Source: a virus
Direction: 5' to 3' (one strand)
DNA: 64,000 nt
Virus genome (UHGV): UHGV-0326994
Of the stretch, positions 1-18,153 are shown in pieces. The notes under the pieces are model-generated. The model ran no database searches and had not been told where the DNA came from. It worked only from the letters and a program-made list of their open reading frames with translations. Position 1 is the first letter of the stretch. Every line of letters begins with the position of its first letter. The translations under genes were made by a program, and so were the position numbers.

Positions 1-318
1 AAAGATGAGATAATGTATGCTAAGGCCACTAAAGAGTCATTTGGAGCATTTTTGAAGTATCTTGATAGCTCTATTGATGAAGATGTCTTTGTAATTGGTG
101 GCGCAGGTGTCCTTGTCGATGCTTTACCGCATGCTGATGTAGTGTTCCATACTGTTTTCCATAAAGTTACTGAAGAGGTCACTGTGCATTTACCTTTTGA
201 AAACTTCTTTGAGAAGCTGTATGATAACCGTATATTTACAAAGGTACAGTCAAAACCATCAGAGGATGGTAAAGCAACCTTTGAAATTTATGTTCCACAA
301 GTAAAAGGACACTTTTAA
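1..318 (+). CDS. frd: dihydrofolate reductase, C-terminal part (gene start lies left of window)
   Basis: Frame is open to window start; translation ...VFVIGGAGVLVDALPHADVV... resembles the DHFR C-terminus of T4 Frd; stop overlaps the td start (TAATATG). Confidence 0.75.
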   Translation, partial: KDEIMYAKATKESFGAFLKYLDSSIDEDVFVIGGAGVLVDALPHADVVFHTVFHKVTEEVTVHLPFENFFEKLYDNRIFTKVQSKPSEDGKATFEIYVPQVKGHF

Positions 319-319
319 T

Positions 320-1219
320 ATGTCACAAGCAGATACAAGCTACAAAAATATACTGAACCATGTTTTATCAGTCGGTGAACTGCGTACTACACGAACTGGA
401 GATGTTATCTCTGCATTTGCTCCACCTAAGTTTCGTTTTGATATGCGTACTGGTTTCCCGCTCTTAACATCTAAACAGGTGTTTACACGGCAAGTTGTCG
501 GGGAAGCTTTATGGTTCCTGAACGGTGAGAATAAACTCGGCGAACTCCGTTACCGCACTTGGGGTGAAAATGATGGAGAGCGTTGGACTATCTGGTCAGA
601 TGATTTTAAACGCTGGTTAAGTTCTAATTATTCTTCTGAACAAGATTGGCTAGAAGATGCAGGTGGAAGAATCTACGGGGTTCAGTGGAGAAACTTCGAA
701 GGTCATAATGGTTGTGTTGTAGACCAGTTAGAAACCTTAGTAACGAAGATGAAGGGTGATATCACAGACCGTTACATGCTTGTTAATGCTTGGAATGCAG
801 CAGATATTGCAGCAAACTCGATGGCTTTAGCACCTTGCCATGTTCTGTTTCAGATTTACATTACTAATGAAGGCGAAGTAGATTTGCAATGGTATCAGCG
901 TTCTGTAGACACCTTTTTAGGACTTCCATTTAACATTGCGTCTTATGGTTTTATTCTGGAAGTTCTTTGTAAGATGACTGGATATACTCCACGGTACTTG
1001 ATAGGTGTCTTTGGAGATACTCAGATTTATCATAACCATATGAAGCAGGTTTATGAACTGATGAACAATGAAGAGTTCCATGCACCAACTTTTGAGATTG
1101 GCTTACCACTTAACACTTTAAGTGACTTAAAACATCTCACTGCAAGTGATTTTATTGGTGGCATTAACAACTACCAACATGCAGGAAAGATTGAAGCACC
1201 TTTATCAGTAGGTAAGTAA
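320..1219 (+). CDS. td: thymidylate synthase (uninterrupted, no intron)
   Basis: 299 aa; motifs ALAPCHVLFQ and DLQWYQRSVDTFLGLPFNIASY are the ThyA active-site/folate-binding signatures. Confidence 0.92.
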   Translation: MSQADTSYKNILNHVLSVGELRTTRTGDVISAFAPPKFRFDMRTGFPLLTSKQVFTRQVVGEALWFLNGENKLGELRYRTWGENDGERWTIWSDDFKRWLSSNYSSEQDWLEDAGGRIYGVQWRNFEGHNGCVVDQLETLVTKMKGDITDRYMLVNAWNAADIAANSMALAPCHVLFQIYITNEGEVDLQWYQRSVDTFLGLPFNIASYGFILEVLCKMTGYTPRYLIGVFGDTQIYHNHMKQVYELMNNEEFHAPTFEIGLPLNTLSDLKHLTASDFIGGINNYQHAGKIEAPLSVGK

Positions 1220-1225
1220 AACAAA

Positions 1226-1260
1226 AAGGCTCCCGTAAAAAGGAGCCTTAAATTTTATTT
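1226..1260. terminator. bidirectional rho-independent terminator
   Basis: ggctcc-cgtaaaaa-ggagcc with A-run before and T-run after; between convergent td and the 1255-1626 gene. Confidence 0.7.
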
Positions 1261-1626
1261 TTCAGTATTCTTTGTGTTCTTTTCAGTAATAGCTTGCAAG
1301 GCTGATACTGATTGAGCCAGATTGTTCACGCTGTCAGAGAATTTATCAAGAGTTTTAGTAAGTTTTGCGTTCTCACCCTTAACATTCTCTAACTGAACTT
1401 TCTGGTTCTCCATCCCTAACTGAAGCAATCTCATGTCAGACTGTAAATCACGAATAGCTGAGTAATTAGATTTACTGTAATTATCTAGCTGCTGTAATTT
1501 TGTTGTGATAGACACCTCTTGCTTACCATCCGAAACTTGCATGGTGGTATACATTCCAATAACACTAAAAATACCAACTACAATTGCACCAATATTATTT
1601 TTAAAAGCTTCCTCTAGCCACCTCAT
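1255..1626 (-). CDS. membrane-anchored coiled-coil protein (function unknown)
   Basis: 123 aa; N-terminal hydrophobic segment IGAIVVGIFSVIGMY, remainder Q/L/K-rich heptad-like. Confidence 0.4.
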   Translation of the reverse strand: MRWLEEAFKNNIGAIVVGIFSVIGMYTTMQVSDGKQEVSITTKLQQLDNYSKSNYSAIRDLQSDMRLLQLGMENQKVQLENVKGENAKLTKTLDKFSDSVNNLAQSVSALQAITEKNTKNTEK

Positions 1627-1821
1627 TTATTTCTCCCCCTTAAAAGCTTTTTCTAAGTTATCTACGAACTCATCATCAATAGGTGTGTCTGTTTTACTCG
1701 CAAGGTATCTTGCAAGCCTAAAGAACACTTTCTCAATCATGTATTCACTTAGAAGGGATAAAATGAGTTTCCAGAAGAAGCTACCTAGATTTTTTAGAAG
1801 AATTGCTAGGATTGTAGGCAT
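1627..1821 (-). CDS. small hydrophobic protein (holin-like? unproven)
   Basis: 64 aa ORF abutting the previous gene; hydrophobic N-terminus ILAILLKNLGSFFWKLILSLL. Confidence 0.35.
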   Translation of the reverse strand: MPTILAILLKNLGSFFWKLILSLLSEYMIEKVFFRLARYLASKTDTPIDDEFVDNLEKAFKGEK

Positions 1822-1900
1822 TTAATCACCTCATCAGCCAAGATGGTGAGAATACCCATAAAGAATATTAACACCATCTTAACAATCAGTCAACAAGGGA

Positions 1901-4468
1901 TTAAGCAGTTCTTACCCAAGCCATTAACTTGTAGAACTGGTTAGTAACACTAAATGCTGAACCAGAACCTGTGCTACCAGTGTTACCACTAACTGTGTGG
2001 CTGTGAGCACCAATACCTACAGAGTGGGAATGGTCGCCAGCACCACTTGTAGTACCAGACCAAGTGTGTGTATGGTTACCAGTTGTGTTAGTGTTAGGGA
2101 ATTTATTGTCTCTTCTGTCAAGCCAGTCAAGTGTTCTAGGGAGACTGTTACCAACGGTTGTATAACCATACAAAGCATCACCACCATTAACTAATAACAG
2201 GCCTAAGTGGTGAGCATGGTTACCAGCAGCACTTGTTGTACCACTTACAGAGTGAGTATGCCCACCCGTACTGTTAGTCCCCTTCGTACCATAATCAAAA
2301 GATGAAGTGGTAGCAGAGAAACTATGAGTGTGTGCTGGTAAGTTACCAACAGACAACGTCACAGAGTCTGAACCACCAGTTGTAGCAACATCTGAACCAT
2401 TTGCTGCTGCAATTCTGATAGTTCTCCCAACACCATTGTTCAGGTACGTCCAAGTTAATCCAGGAAGTGCTGTATTAGGGTCAACATTACTGTTAAACCA
2501 CGTTACAATACCTACTGGATAGATTTTATTAAGGTCTGTAGAGTCACTTACTGCCTGTGCAATCTTCTGGTCAGTCTCAGCTTTAGTGTATGCACCGATA
2601 TCTGAAGGGGTTGGTTTCAAGAGACTAGTATAATAATAAGCAATTGTCCCAGCAACATAGCCAGATGGAGCACTGTCAGATGTCTCTGGGGTTTCAAACA
2701 GTTGTACTGTTGCATTATCTGATGACTGAACCCTAGCTGTCGTAGCATTTTGGTAGTTACCAGTTTTGCAATAGATGTCATAATTATCACCAGATGTATT
2801 AACATAGCCAACTTCAAGTACAGTACCATTCGGTGAGTTTTTCCAAGCTACAACATTTAAACCTTTTGGTTTGTTATTCCCTGTTCTAAGAACAATTTCC
2901 GTTTTACAAGCTTGGTCAGGTGTATTATAGTTGAACCCAGACCCACCAAACCACTCGATTACTGCTGTTGATGTTGCTTGTGGCATAGTGACAGTAGCAA
3001 TCTTAGACCATTTAGCCGTACCACTGATATTAAACCCAGTGCTCCTTACTCTTAGATACCTATTATCTGCTGATGACTTGTTATAGTATCGCCCATCAAT
3101 GTTAGTCCAATCAGAAGGTTGAACTTGACCAGTGATAGCAAAATTCTTGTTAGCCACAATTGCTGATGATTCAAGGGCAATTTGAGTGCCAGAGGAGCTG
3201 TTGTTCAAAGTAACCACGTTAGAGTTATTTCCCCCCACACCAATCCACCATCTAGAGGTGTGTGTGGTATCAACACCACGGATATACAAAGGCTGATTTT
3301 GTGTTAAATTCTTCACAATCAAACCTTCATTGTTAGCAACAATAGTTTGTGTATTTGTGAAAGTATTAGCCACATTAATTTTAGCAAGATTACTCAAAGT
3401 GGCTGCTGGAATGTATCTAGAGTCAATGTTAGACCAATCAGAAGGTTGAACTTGACCACCAATTTGGACTGTTCTGCTCATGGTAATGGTGTTACCTAGT
3501 GAGATTTGTGTTTTTGCTAAATAGTTATAGATGTTTACAATATTCTCATCACCGTCATTACCAATGTACCACTTATTAGTTCCATCTGACTTTCTTGCTT
3601 GGATGTACAAAGCCGCAGTTGTATCTACATTTTGAATAGTAATAGCATTAGCATTCTTCTTAATAACAAAGTTAGTGAAAGTATTAGAGCCACTAAATGT
3701 GTTATTACCAGCTAACTGTGCAAATCTCTGATTAGCTACTGTCTGGGTAAAATATCTAGCATCTAAGTTAGCAAAACTTGAAGGTTGAACTTGACCAGCA
3801 ATTTGAAGAGTCCTGTTGACTGTCACCAAATTCTCTAAAATAGCAATTGAAACGTCGGACTTTACATTCTTTAATACAAGATTATGTGTACCTCTATTAT
3901 CATTACCTAGATACCATCTGTTAGTACCATCTGCATCTTGACCACGAAGATAGAGTGGAGCACCTTGAGTGATATTTTTAATAATGAGTGCTTCATTGTC
4001 AGAGAGAATAGCTTGAGTACCCCTAAAGGTATTATTCACAGCTAGTCTTGCATACCTTGCATCATTCTCTTCATTAGTTCTCATGCCAAGCTCATTAGGA
4101 CTTGGTTTATTCAGAGTATGATAGACAGTTGCTGACCTTGAAGCATCTGCAATAGTCAGTTTAAGACCATTTGCGTTAATTTTAAAAGTCTTTAAAACAT
4201 CACCAATATTAATCTCAGAAGAGCCTGTTGGGTTAAATACTACCTTACCACCATAAAGTAACTTAACAATCCCTAAGTCACCCGTCATAGTGCTACCAGC
4301 AATCTGAACAAATCTTTCAAGTTTAAAAGATGCTAAGAAGTCTTGATAGGTCATTCGACGGTCTTCATCACCCAGCATTTCAGGTCTCTTTTTAACTCTG
4401 ACATGAAGAAGGTCGTCTGAACGGATTGTGTCGATTGAGTTTAATTCACTCAACTTGTAATCTGCCAT
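1901..4468 (-). CDS. long tail fibre protein with His-x-His receptor-binding tip
   Basis: Start moved to the ATG at 4468 ([10 protein letters not shown]..., preceded by GAGGAAA RBS); repeated beta-rich segments; C-terminal [35 protein letters not shown] motifs; C-terminus paralogous to the 4515-5702 product. Confidence 0.75.
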   Translation of the reverse strand: MADYKLSELNSIDTIRSDDLLHVRVKKRPEMLGDEDRRMTYQDFLASFKLERFVQIAGSTMTGDLGIVKLLYGGKVVFNPTGSSEINIGDVLKTFKINANGLKLTIADASRSATVYHTLNKPSPNELGMRTNEENDARYARLAVNNTFRGTQAILSDNEALIIKNITQGAPLYLRGQDADGTNRWYLGNDNRGTHNLVLKNVKSDVSIAILENLVTVNRTLQIAGQVQPSSFANLDARYFTQTVANQRFAQLAGNNTFSGSNTFTNFVIKKNANAITIQNVDTTAALYIQARKSDGTNKWYIGNDGDENIVNIYNYLAKTQISLGNTITMSRTVQIGGQVQPSDWSNIDSRYIPAATLSNLAKINVANTFTNTQTIVANNEGLIVKNLTQNQPLYIRGVDTTHTSRWWIGVGGNNSNVVTLNNSSSGTQIALESSAIVANKNFAITGQVQPSDWTNIDGRYYNKSSADNRYLRVRSTGFNISGTAKWSKIATVTMPQATSTAVIEWFGGSGFNYNTPDQACKTEIVLRTGNNKPKGLNVVAWKNSPNGTVLEVGYVNTSGDNYDIYCKTGNYQNATTARVQSSDNATVQLFETPETSDSAPSGYVAGTIAYYYTSLLKPTPSDIGAYTKAETDQKIAQAVSDSTDLNKIYPVGIVTWFNSNVDPNTALPGLTWTYLNNGVGRTIRIAAANGSDVATTGGSDSVTLSVGNLPAHTHSFSATTSSFDYGTKGTNSTGGHTHSVSGTTSAAGNHAHHLGLLLVNGGDALYGYTTVGNSLPRTLDWLDRRDNKFPNTNTTGNHTHTWSGTTSGAGDHSHSVGIGAHSHTVSGNTGSTGSGSAFSVTNQFYKLMAWVRTA

Positions 4469-4480
4469 TATAAATTTTCC

Positions 4481-4506
4481 TCTAAAAAGGGGCTTTATAG
4501 CCCCTG
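4481..4506 (-). terminator. terminator-like hairpin between the two tail fibre genes
   Basis: aggggct-ttat-agcccct followed on the minus strand by TTTTTAGAGG. Confidence 0.55.
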
Positions 4507-4514
4507 TAAAGAAA

Positions 4515-5702
4515 TTAAGCTGTTCTCTGCCATACATACAGTACGAAGGATGGCTGCTCAATGTTGAAAGCTTGTCCACCACCAACACTATTAGTGTTCC
4601 CGCTATGCGTATGTTCAGAAGAAGAAACTGTTACAGTACCATTATGTGTATGCGAACCAATACCAACTGTGTGGCTGTGAGCACCAATACCTACTGTATG
4701 GTTGTGGTTACCTGTTGTGTTGGTTGTGACACTGAAAGAGTGTGTGTGTGCACCAGCGACTTCACAGACAGCATCTGCTGAGTACCATGATTGGTCATTC
4801 CTTGTAGACCAAACCATTGCAGGTCTTTCCGATAGACCACCACCTGCTTCATATGTCAATCTGTGGTTGTGAGCACCAGCAGTACTTGTTGACCCACTAC
4901 CAACATGGTTGTGGTTACCTGTTGTGTTAGTAGTCTTTGTTCCATAATCAAAAGAGTTGGTAGTCTTAGTTCCATAATCAAAAGCTGAAATTGACACAGT
5001 TGCATTATGAGTGTGAGCGCCACCACTAAGAGATACAGAGTGGGAGTGCTGAGGCATATTATTAACTGACAAAGTAACAGTTGAAGCACCAAATACAGAA
5101 CCTGCTGGTCTTGTGTCAGAGTCATAACCAACCAATGCTCTACCCTTTGAAACTAACTCCCAAGTACCTCCACAAATTAAATATGTAGAAGGGTTTGCAG
5201 AGTTCATAGAAAGATGAATAGTACCTACTGGATAAGAAGCCTGAACAGCCTTGTACAAGTTATTTACTGCTCTTGCTGTAGCGTACTTATTTGCATCTTC
5301 ATTATAAAGGTCAGATGTTGTCCAGTTCTGAACATTACTTAAGCCAACCTGTGCCTTAGTTGTATTGTGTGGGTTACTCTTATCCTTGATATGTTGTTGG
5401 ACAAGATTATTAACCTCTTCTGAAGACATAATCTGTAGATTTGCTCTTGCCTCAGCTACATTGACAATATCTGATAAGTTATTTGCAGCGACTAACTGGA
5501 GAGCATTAATAACATTATCTAAACCAATTTGTGTTTTAGTAACACCATGAGGGTTATTTCTTAGGCTTGAGTGTGGAGCAAGTAATTGCTCAAGAGTACA
5601 CCTTTTATCCTCAATACCCTGCTTAAGATGGAAGATATCGCTAAGGTCAATTGGTAAGGCTGCTTGAGGCAAGGCACTAATTTGAATTTCACCTACTGCC
5701 AT
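4515..5702 (-). CDS. tail fibre protein (tail-collar-like domain plus His-x-His tip)
   Basis: 395 aa; [15 protein letters not shown]...[14 protein letters not shown] collar-like motif; [32 protein letters not shown]; internal duplication FDYGTKTTN x2. Confidence 0.75.
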   Translation of the reverse strand: MAVGEIQISALPQAALPIDLSDIFHLKQGIEDKRCTLEQLLAPHSSLRNNPHGVTKTQIGLDNVINALQLVAANNLSDIVNVAEARANLQIMSSEEVNNLVQQHIKDKSNPHNTTKAQVGLSNVQNWTTSDLYNEDANKYATARAVNNLYKAVQASYPVGTIHLSMNSANPSTYLICGGTWELVSKGRALVGYDSDTRPAGSVFGASTVTLSVNNMPQHSHSVSLSGGAHTHNATVSISAFDYGTKTTNSFDYGTKTTNTTGNHNHVGSGSTSTAGAHNHRLTYEAGGGLSERPAMVWSTRNDQSWYSADAVCEVAGAHTHSFSVTTNTTGNHNHTVGIGAHSHTVGIGSHTHNGTVTVSSSEHTHSGNTNSVGGGQAFNIEQPSFVLYVWQRTA

Positions 5703-5704
5703 TA

Positions 5705-13699
<7,995 letters not shown>

Positions 13700-13700
<1 letters not shown>

Positions 13701-13939
13701 TACATTTTTCCTGCTCTTCTAAGTTCGTTGTAAGCAATTTCCTCTTTATACGACCTCTGAATTTCAAGAAATTGTCTCAATGATAATAAATCAGAGAATG
13801 TCATAGCAAAGAGTTGGTCAAGTGTTTCTTTACACCCTTCCATACCATAAATAGCAAGCACAAATTTCATCTCGTCTGCTTCTTCATAGGTTGCCTCTAC
13901 AGCAGCATCAGTTAGTGGTGTCTGTAGAGTGTTACCCAT
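13700..13939 (-). CDS. tail assembly chaperone (putative)
   Basis: 79 aa acidic ORF between tail tube and tape measure. Confidence 0.4.
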
Positions 13940-13941
13940 GT

Positions 13942-14340
13942 TTACTGAGAAGTTAGGCTTTTGAAAATGCTTGCTTCGAAAAAACTTCCGAAGTTTGCCT
14001 CCAGCGCAAATGCTAAGTAATCAATAAACTCACCATAGTTTGCTTGGAAGTACGTATCAATATTAAGTGGGAAGTCATCAACAGTCGCCCCTTGAAATAG
14101 TAATGTAGCCATTTCTTCTAGGTTAATCTCTTCAATTCTGTCAAAACAAGCTTCAACAAGTTCTTTAAATGGGACCATTGGAGCTTCTTTCTTATCTTTA
14201 TCAGTCAGACTTGACAACATCTGTGCAAATGTTGGAACAACAATCTTACCCAACTTCATAGACATCTTAATACCATCTCTTGCCCCAAGCAGAATGATGT
14301 TTACTTTCTTACCATTAATTACTCTAGATTCTGTTTTCAT
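13942..14340 (-). CDS. tail assembly chaperone (putative)
   Basis: 132 aa ORF between tail tube and tape measure. Confidence 0.4.
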   Translation of the reverse strand: MKTESRVINGKKVNIILLGARDGIKMSMKLGKIVVPTFAQMLSSLTDKDKKEAPMVPFKELVEACFDRIEEINLEEMATLLFQGATVDDFPLNIDTYFQANYGEFIDYLAFALEANFGSFFEASIFKSLTSQ

Positions 14341-14363
14341 TGTGATTCCTTAATACTTTTAAA

Positions 14364-14402
14364 AGAAACAAAAAAGGGGAAGACCTTTTAAAGTCTCCCC
14401 CT
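14364..14402 (-). terminator. terminator-like hairpin after the tail tube gene
   Basis: ggggaagacc...agtctccccc with a T-run on the minus strand. Confidence 0.5.
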
Positions 14403-14413
14403 TATAGGATTTA

Positions 14414-14860
14414 TTAAACCCTTGACGCTGGAATTGTAGAAGTGTAGTCTAACTTCTCACAACCAAAAATCCAAGTTTTAGAGTTCTGGTCACGACCAAG
14501 TTCAATCTGTGGTAATTCCTGCAACCAAGCATTAATACCAGTTGCCAGAACAGAGCCTGATGGGTCGTAGATTACGAAGTTAGAAGAGATATCTTCTTCA
14601 AGTTCCATATTGTCTTGTTTAGCTTGAATTGCAGAAAGCATCTGGTTAGAGAGAGAAGTCTGCATTAGCTCAATCTCAATAGTACCTGTCTTGTCTGCAT
14701 TTCTTGTCAGAGCAACTTGACCACCTGCACCAACAACTGGTGTCACGAGTGGTGATGTTCTCTGTAGACGTAAGAATGAGTCTGGGGCAAAGCCTTCAAT
14801 GGCAATACCATTCCAGCTACATACAACGTCTTTAGGGGAATATTGCTGATACATAGCCAT
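14414..14860 (-). CDS. tail tube protein
   Basis: 148 aa directly downstream of sheath gene; typical size and position. Confidence 0.55.
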   Translation of the reverse strand: MAMYQQYSPKDVVCSWNGIAIEGFAPDSFLRLQRTSPLVTPVVGAGGQVALTRNADKTGTIEIELMQTSLSNQMLSAIQAKQDNMELEEDISSNFVIYDPSGSVLATGINAWLQELPQIELGRDQNSKTWIFGCEKLDYTSTIPASRV

Positions 14861-14875
14861 TCCAATTTACCTCTA

Positions 14876-16228
14876 TTATTCGTAAGCCACTGTACCTTTC
14901 AAGTCAACATCCAAGATAGCCCCTGCTAAGATACCTGCGAAGGTAACATCTTTCAGGATACGAGCTTTCTTGTCTGCCAAAGCAACTTGAGAGGCTTTAG
15001 GAACATTAACTGTGTAAGATGACAGGAAGTTTCTGTTGACTGCTCTTTGTAGAGAGGTTTCAATGACTTGACGAATACGAGTAATACCAGTATCATCATA
15101 AGTAATCTTACCACCCTTCTGGTTAATTAGCAAGTCTCTCAGAGAAGTTTTCAGGTCTGATTCTAACCAGTCAACACCACGGATGATATCAATCCATTCC
15201 CCACCAGAAGTAATCCCTCTACGAACCACTGGAACACCACCATCAAGGTCAATAAAGTTACAGTGACGTGCATCTAAAGCAGATTTCTGAATACTTGTTA
15301 GTGGTCTCTTATTAGTTGGTTGTAGAGAAGCAGCTACACCAGTGAGCTGTGCATTACCCCAAGCAATTGACCCTGCATCATATGGAGCACCATAAGCGAT
15401 GTATGCCATTTCTGGATAGTCTTCTGCTGCTGTGTGATGCCACAAACAAACTGTACGAGTGTACATGCTCTTAGCAAGCTGTGCGGGAACATCATTTGCA
15501 CTAGCTAATTCTGTGCCCTGTAGTGCTGTTACATCTGAGTTAGCTGTAAAGAAGATTTTCTTACGAGCTTGAATCTCAGAAGCCATTGCTAAGACAAACT
15601 GTTGAGTTCTATCTTCGGCTGCAATGAAATACCAGTCAGTTGAATAAGCTTCAATAGCTGCTAGAGCGGTTGATGCTGTATCAGCAGTTGTACTTGCAAT
15701 ATATACAGTCTGTGCTGTGGTTGTTACTTTTACAAAGTCATTGTCACCAGCTTTGGTGATAACCATTGTGGCAGAACCACCACTACCAGTTACGTTCACA
15801 GAAACCTTGTCTTTGATTGTTGGGTCAGCTTCAATCTGTGTTTTAAACTGTTGCAAAACTTTCTCAGCAGTATCTAATTCCACTGCTGTATACTGATATG
15901 GTTGAGAAATTCCACCGCCAGCAGCTACAGTAATTGAGTAGTCTGTACTTTCGGTAACGGCATCAGGAATTGATACAGTATACTGCATAGCACGTCTACC
16001 AATATAAAGCTGAGTTACTTTAGGAGTCTGACTCCAAAGTTGTTTAGCAGCCTTATATGCAGCAGAGTTTTCATCGAAATCTTCAGCAACTTCAGTTAAG
16101 GAAGTGTAACCGCGTACTCTTTCTTCAAAGTTATCTGTTGAAGCTAAGAATAGTGGCAAACCAAAACCTTCTCTTGTAGTTCCTGCGGTGTTCAATGTAA
16201 TATCTACATTAACAATTGGATTCCACAT
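14876..16228 (-). CDS. tail sheath protein
   Basis: 450 aa; typical size and position for a contractile-tail sheath upstream of tube gene. Confidence 0.65.
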   Translation of the reverse strand: MWNPIVNVDITLNTAGTTREGFGLPLFLASTDNFEERVRGYTSLTEVAEDFDENSAAYKAAKQLWSQTPKVTQLYIGRRAMQYTVSIPDAVTESTDYSITVAAGGGISQPYQYTAVELDTAEKVLQQFKTQIEADPTIKDKVSVNVTGSGGSATMVITKAGDNDFVKVTTTAQTVYIASTTADTASTALAAIEAYSTDWYFIAAEDRTQQFVLAMASEIQARKKIFFTANSDVTALQGTELASANDVPAQLAKSMYTRTVCLWHHTAAEDYPEMAYIAYGAPYDAGSIAWGNAQLTGVAASLQPTNKRPLTSIQKSALDARHCNFIDLDGGVPVVRRGITSGGEWIDIIRGVDWLESDLKTSLRDLLINQKGGKITYDDTGITRIRQVIETSLQRAVNRNFLSSYTVNVPKASQVALADKKARILKDVTFAGILAGAILDVDLKGTVAYE

Positions 16229-16828
16229 TTATTTTACCCCTTTGGAGTCTACATCTAGATGGATAGTATATTCTGGTGGCTCTTGTCCTTCTTCGTAAAC
16301 TAATTCACCATCCACAATGACACGTTCAATAATACTTCCACGCTCATCTTTCAGGACTGAATTTTTTACAAGAGTTACAACAAGAGGTGCAGAATTTTCG
16401 AAATCTGTATTGAGATAAGTATAGTCATTCGGTATTGCTCCAGTGTCTAGTACTGTAGCCCCTGTTTCTTCAAGGATTAAATCTCTGACTGAACTCATCT
16501 CTAATCGTTGTTTAAGCTCAAGCATGATGCTGTGAGCACCTTTACCATTTACCGTAATCAATACAGGAATCTGAAAAGCAATTCTGTAGCAAACTACATC
16601 ATCTTCAACAAATTTATCAAGAACCCAACCATAAGGTGTTGCAGCATCTTGACAATATACGGTAATAAATGGCTGGTCAGGTTTTAAACCTTTGTCATTT
16701 GAGTTATCAGAAGGGTAAGCTCTAATTACGTTTGGTCTATTATTTTTATCACGAGCTAGTCTGTGACCAATAACATCCACTAAGGTTCTAACTAGACCTT
16801 TTTCAAGTTCTGCTGTTTCTAACTGCAT
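16229..16828 (-). CDS. structural protein (head-tail joining region), unknown
   Basis: 199 aa ORF between capsid and sheath genes. Confidence 0.3.
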   Translation of the reverse strand: MQLETAELEKGLVRTLVDVIGHRLARDKNNRPNVIRAYPSDNSNDKGLKPDQPFITVYCQDAATPYGWVLDKFVEDDVVCYRIAFQIPVLITVNGKGAHSIMLELKQRLEMSSVRDLILEETGATVLDTGAIPNDYTYLNTDFENSAPLVVTLVKNSVLKDERGSIIERVIVDGELVYEEGQEPPEYTIHLDVDSKGVK

Positions 16829-17204
16829 TCATTTTATCCCTTCTAATAATGATATATTCATAATGGGACGTATGGGCTAATTGCTGTGACCAATCCATAG
16901 TCATAAATACTTCATACTCATGACCATCAATCATAACAATGTCAGACTCATTCCACTCTACATCGTCTGAAGTTCTAAGTTTATATGTGGTATATAGGAT
17001 TCTTGTATCGGTAAGTCTAATACCTTCCGGTAAAGCAATCTGTGTACCATTCTTTACAGAACCTTTGATATATGGCTGGATATTACCTTTGCAGTTAACC
17101 TCAACAATATCTTGTGAAGCTACCCAATCACCATCATCATTATAATAACCATCTTCAGAGACTTTACGCTTTACTATAAAGCTGTGTCTGTTTAAGAGTC
17201 TCAT
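16803..17204 (-). CDS. structural protein (head-tail joining region), unknown
   Basis: 133 aa ORF. Confidence 0.3.
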   Translation of the reverse strand: MRLLNRHSFIVKRKVSEDGYYNDDGDWVASQDIVEVNCKGNIQPYIKGSVKNGTQIALPEGIRLTDTRILYTTYKLRTSDDVEWNESDIVMIDGHEYEVFMTMDWSQQLAHTSHYEYIIIRRDKMNAVRNSRT

Positions 17205-17683
17205 TTCTTAATACCCTTCTTAGTAGAAATTTTATAAGCAAGGTTATCCCTTAAGTCACCTGTCTCAACAAGAGGTGCATTAAAGCCTTTTTTCTTGACT
17301 GTGGAAGGTGCGTTAGGAGGGAGGATAGCAGAATTACCAAAGCCCCTTTTAATTGCCTTTTGAGCATTCTTTGCAAATGCTTCTAAGGTATTTGAAGGGT
17401 CTGTGTTGAGACTGCTAAGTTGCTTATATAGATTCTTCTTAGTCTGCTCTAACAAGGTCTGTCTGTTTAGCATCATAGTGATTTCAAACAACCTACGATA
17501 TACTTTACCAGAAGCTGAAGGAACCCCAATAACTTCTTGTAAATACATTAAAGCAGGATAAGAAAAACCAGAGCTATGTTGACCTTGTTCTTGAAAATAC
17601 CCAACTTGAGCATTAGCCGTTTGCAAGTTCTTCATAGCCCCGACTAATTTTGCTCTAGCGGGGTGAATAACCCTTTTAACCAT
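17201..17683 (-). CDS. head-tail connector/adaptor protein (putative)
   Basis: 160 aa ORF; position only. Confidence 0.3.
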   Translation of the reverse strand: MVKRVIHPARAKLVGAMKNLQTANAQVGYFQEQGQHSSGFSYPALMYLQEVIGVPSASGKVYRRLFEITMMLNRQTLLEQTKKNLYKQLSSLNTDPSNTLEAFAKNAQKAIKRGFGNSAILPPNAPSTVKKKGFNAPLVETGDLRDNLAYKISTKKGIKK

Positions 17684-18132
17684 TATTCATCTCGCTCGAT
17701 AATAAATACGCCATTAACACGGTTGCAGTAATCTCTGCCCTCGTATCTGGCAGCATCACCATATTCTGTGTATTTCTTGACAGAGCAAGGATTTTGACGA
17801 CGCATGTCAATATCGCACTGGTTAATACCACCTGCATAGGGTAGTCCTGAAACAGAGCTTTTAACAAGGTCATCATAAACAGCTTTCAGAGATTTGAATC
17901 TGGAAGAGTTACGTAAATAAACACCACCAACCTTCTCATCTCCCATCTTGGCTACTTGAAAGAGTAAATATTTAAGAGCTTTGATGGCTGCTTTCTTTTC
18001 ATCCTTTCCAGATTCTAGATAGAACCACTCTAGCACAGACTGCTCAATAAGAATTTCATCATTATTGGTGTCTGTGCAGAGGATTCTTACTCTATCAAGA
18101 GGGTTATTGGCTGGGTCGCCTGTATAACACAT
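17683..18132 (-). CDS. head completion protein (putative)
   Basis: 149 aa ORF immediately after major capsid gene. Confidence 0.3.
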   Translation of the reverse strand: MCYTGDPANNPLDRVRILCTDTNNDEILIEQSVLEWFYLESGKDEKKAAIKALKYLLFQVAKMGDEKVGGVYLRNSSRFKSLKAVYDDLVKSSVSGLPYAGGINQCDIDMRRQNPCSVKKYTEYGDAARYEGRDYCNRVNGVFIIERDE

Positions 18133-18153
18133 TCATAACCCTCCTTAAGAATA

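Noticed and set aside
320-1219. Possible group I intron in td, as in T4
   Set aside because: The thymidylate synthase ORF is continuous at 299 aa with all conserved motifs in one frame; no intron present
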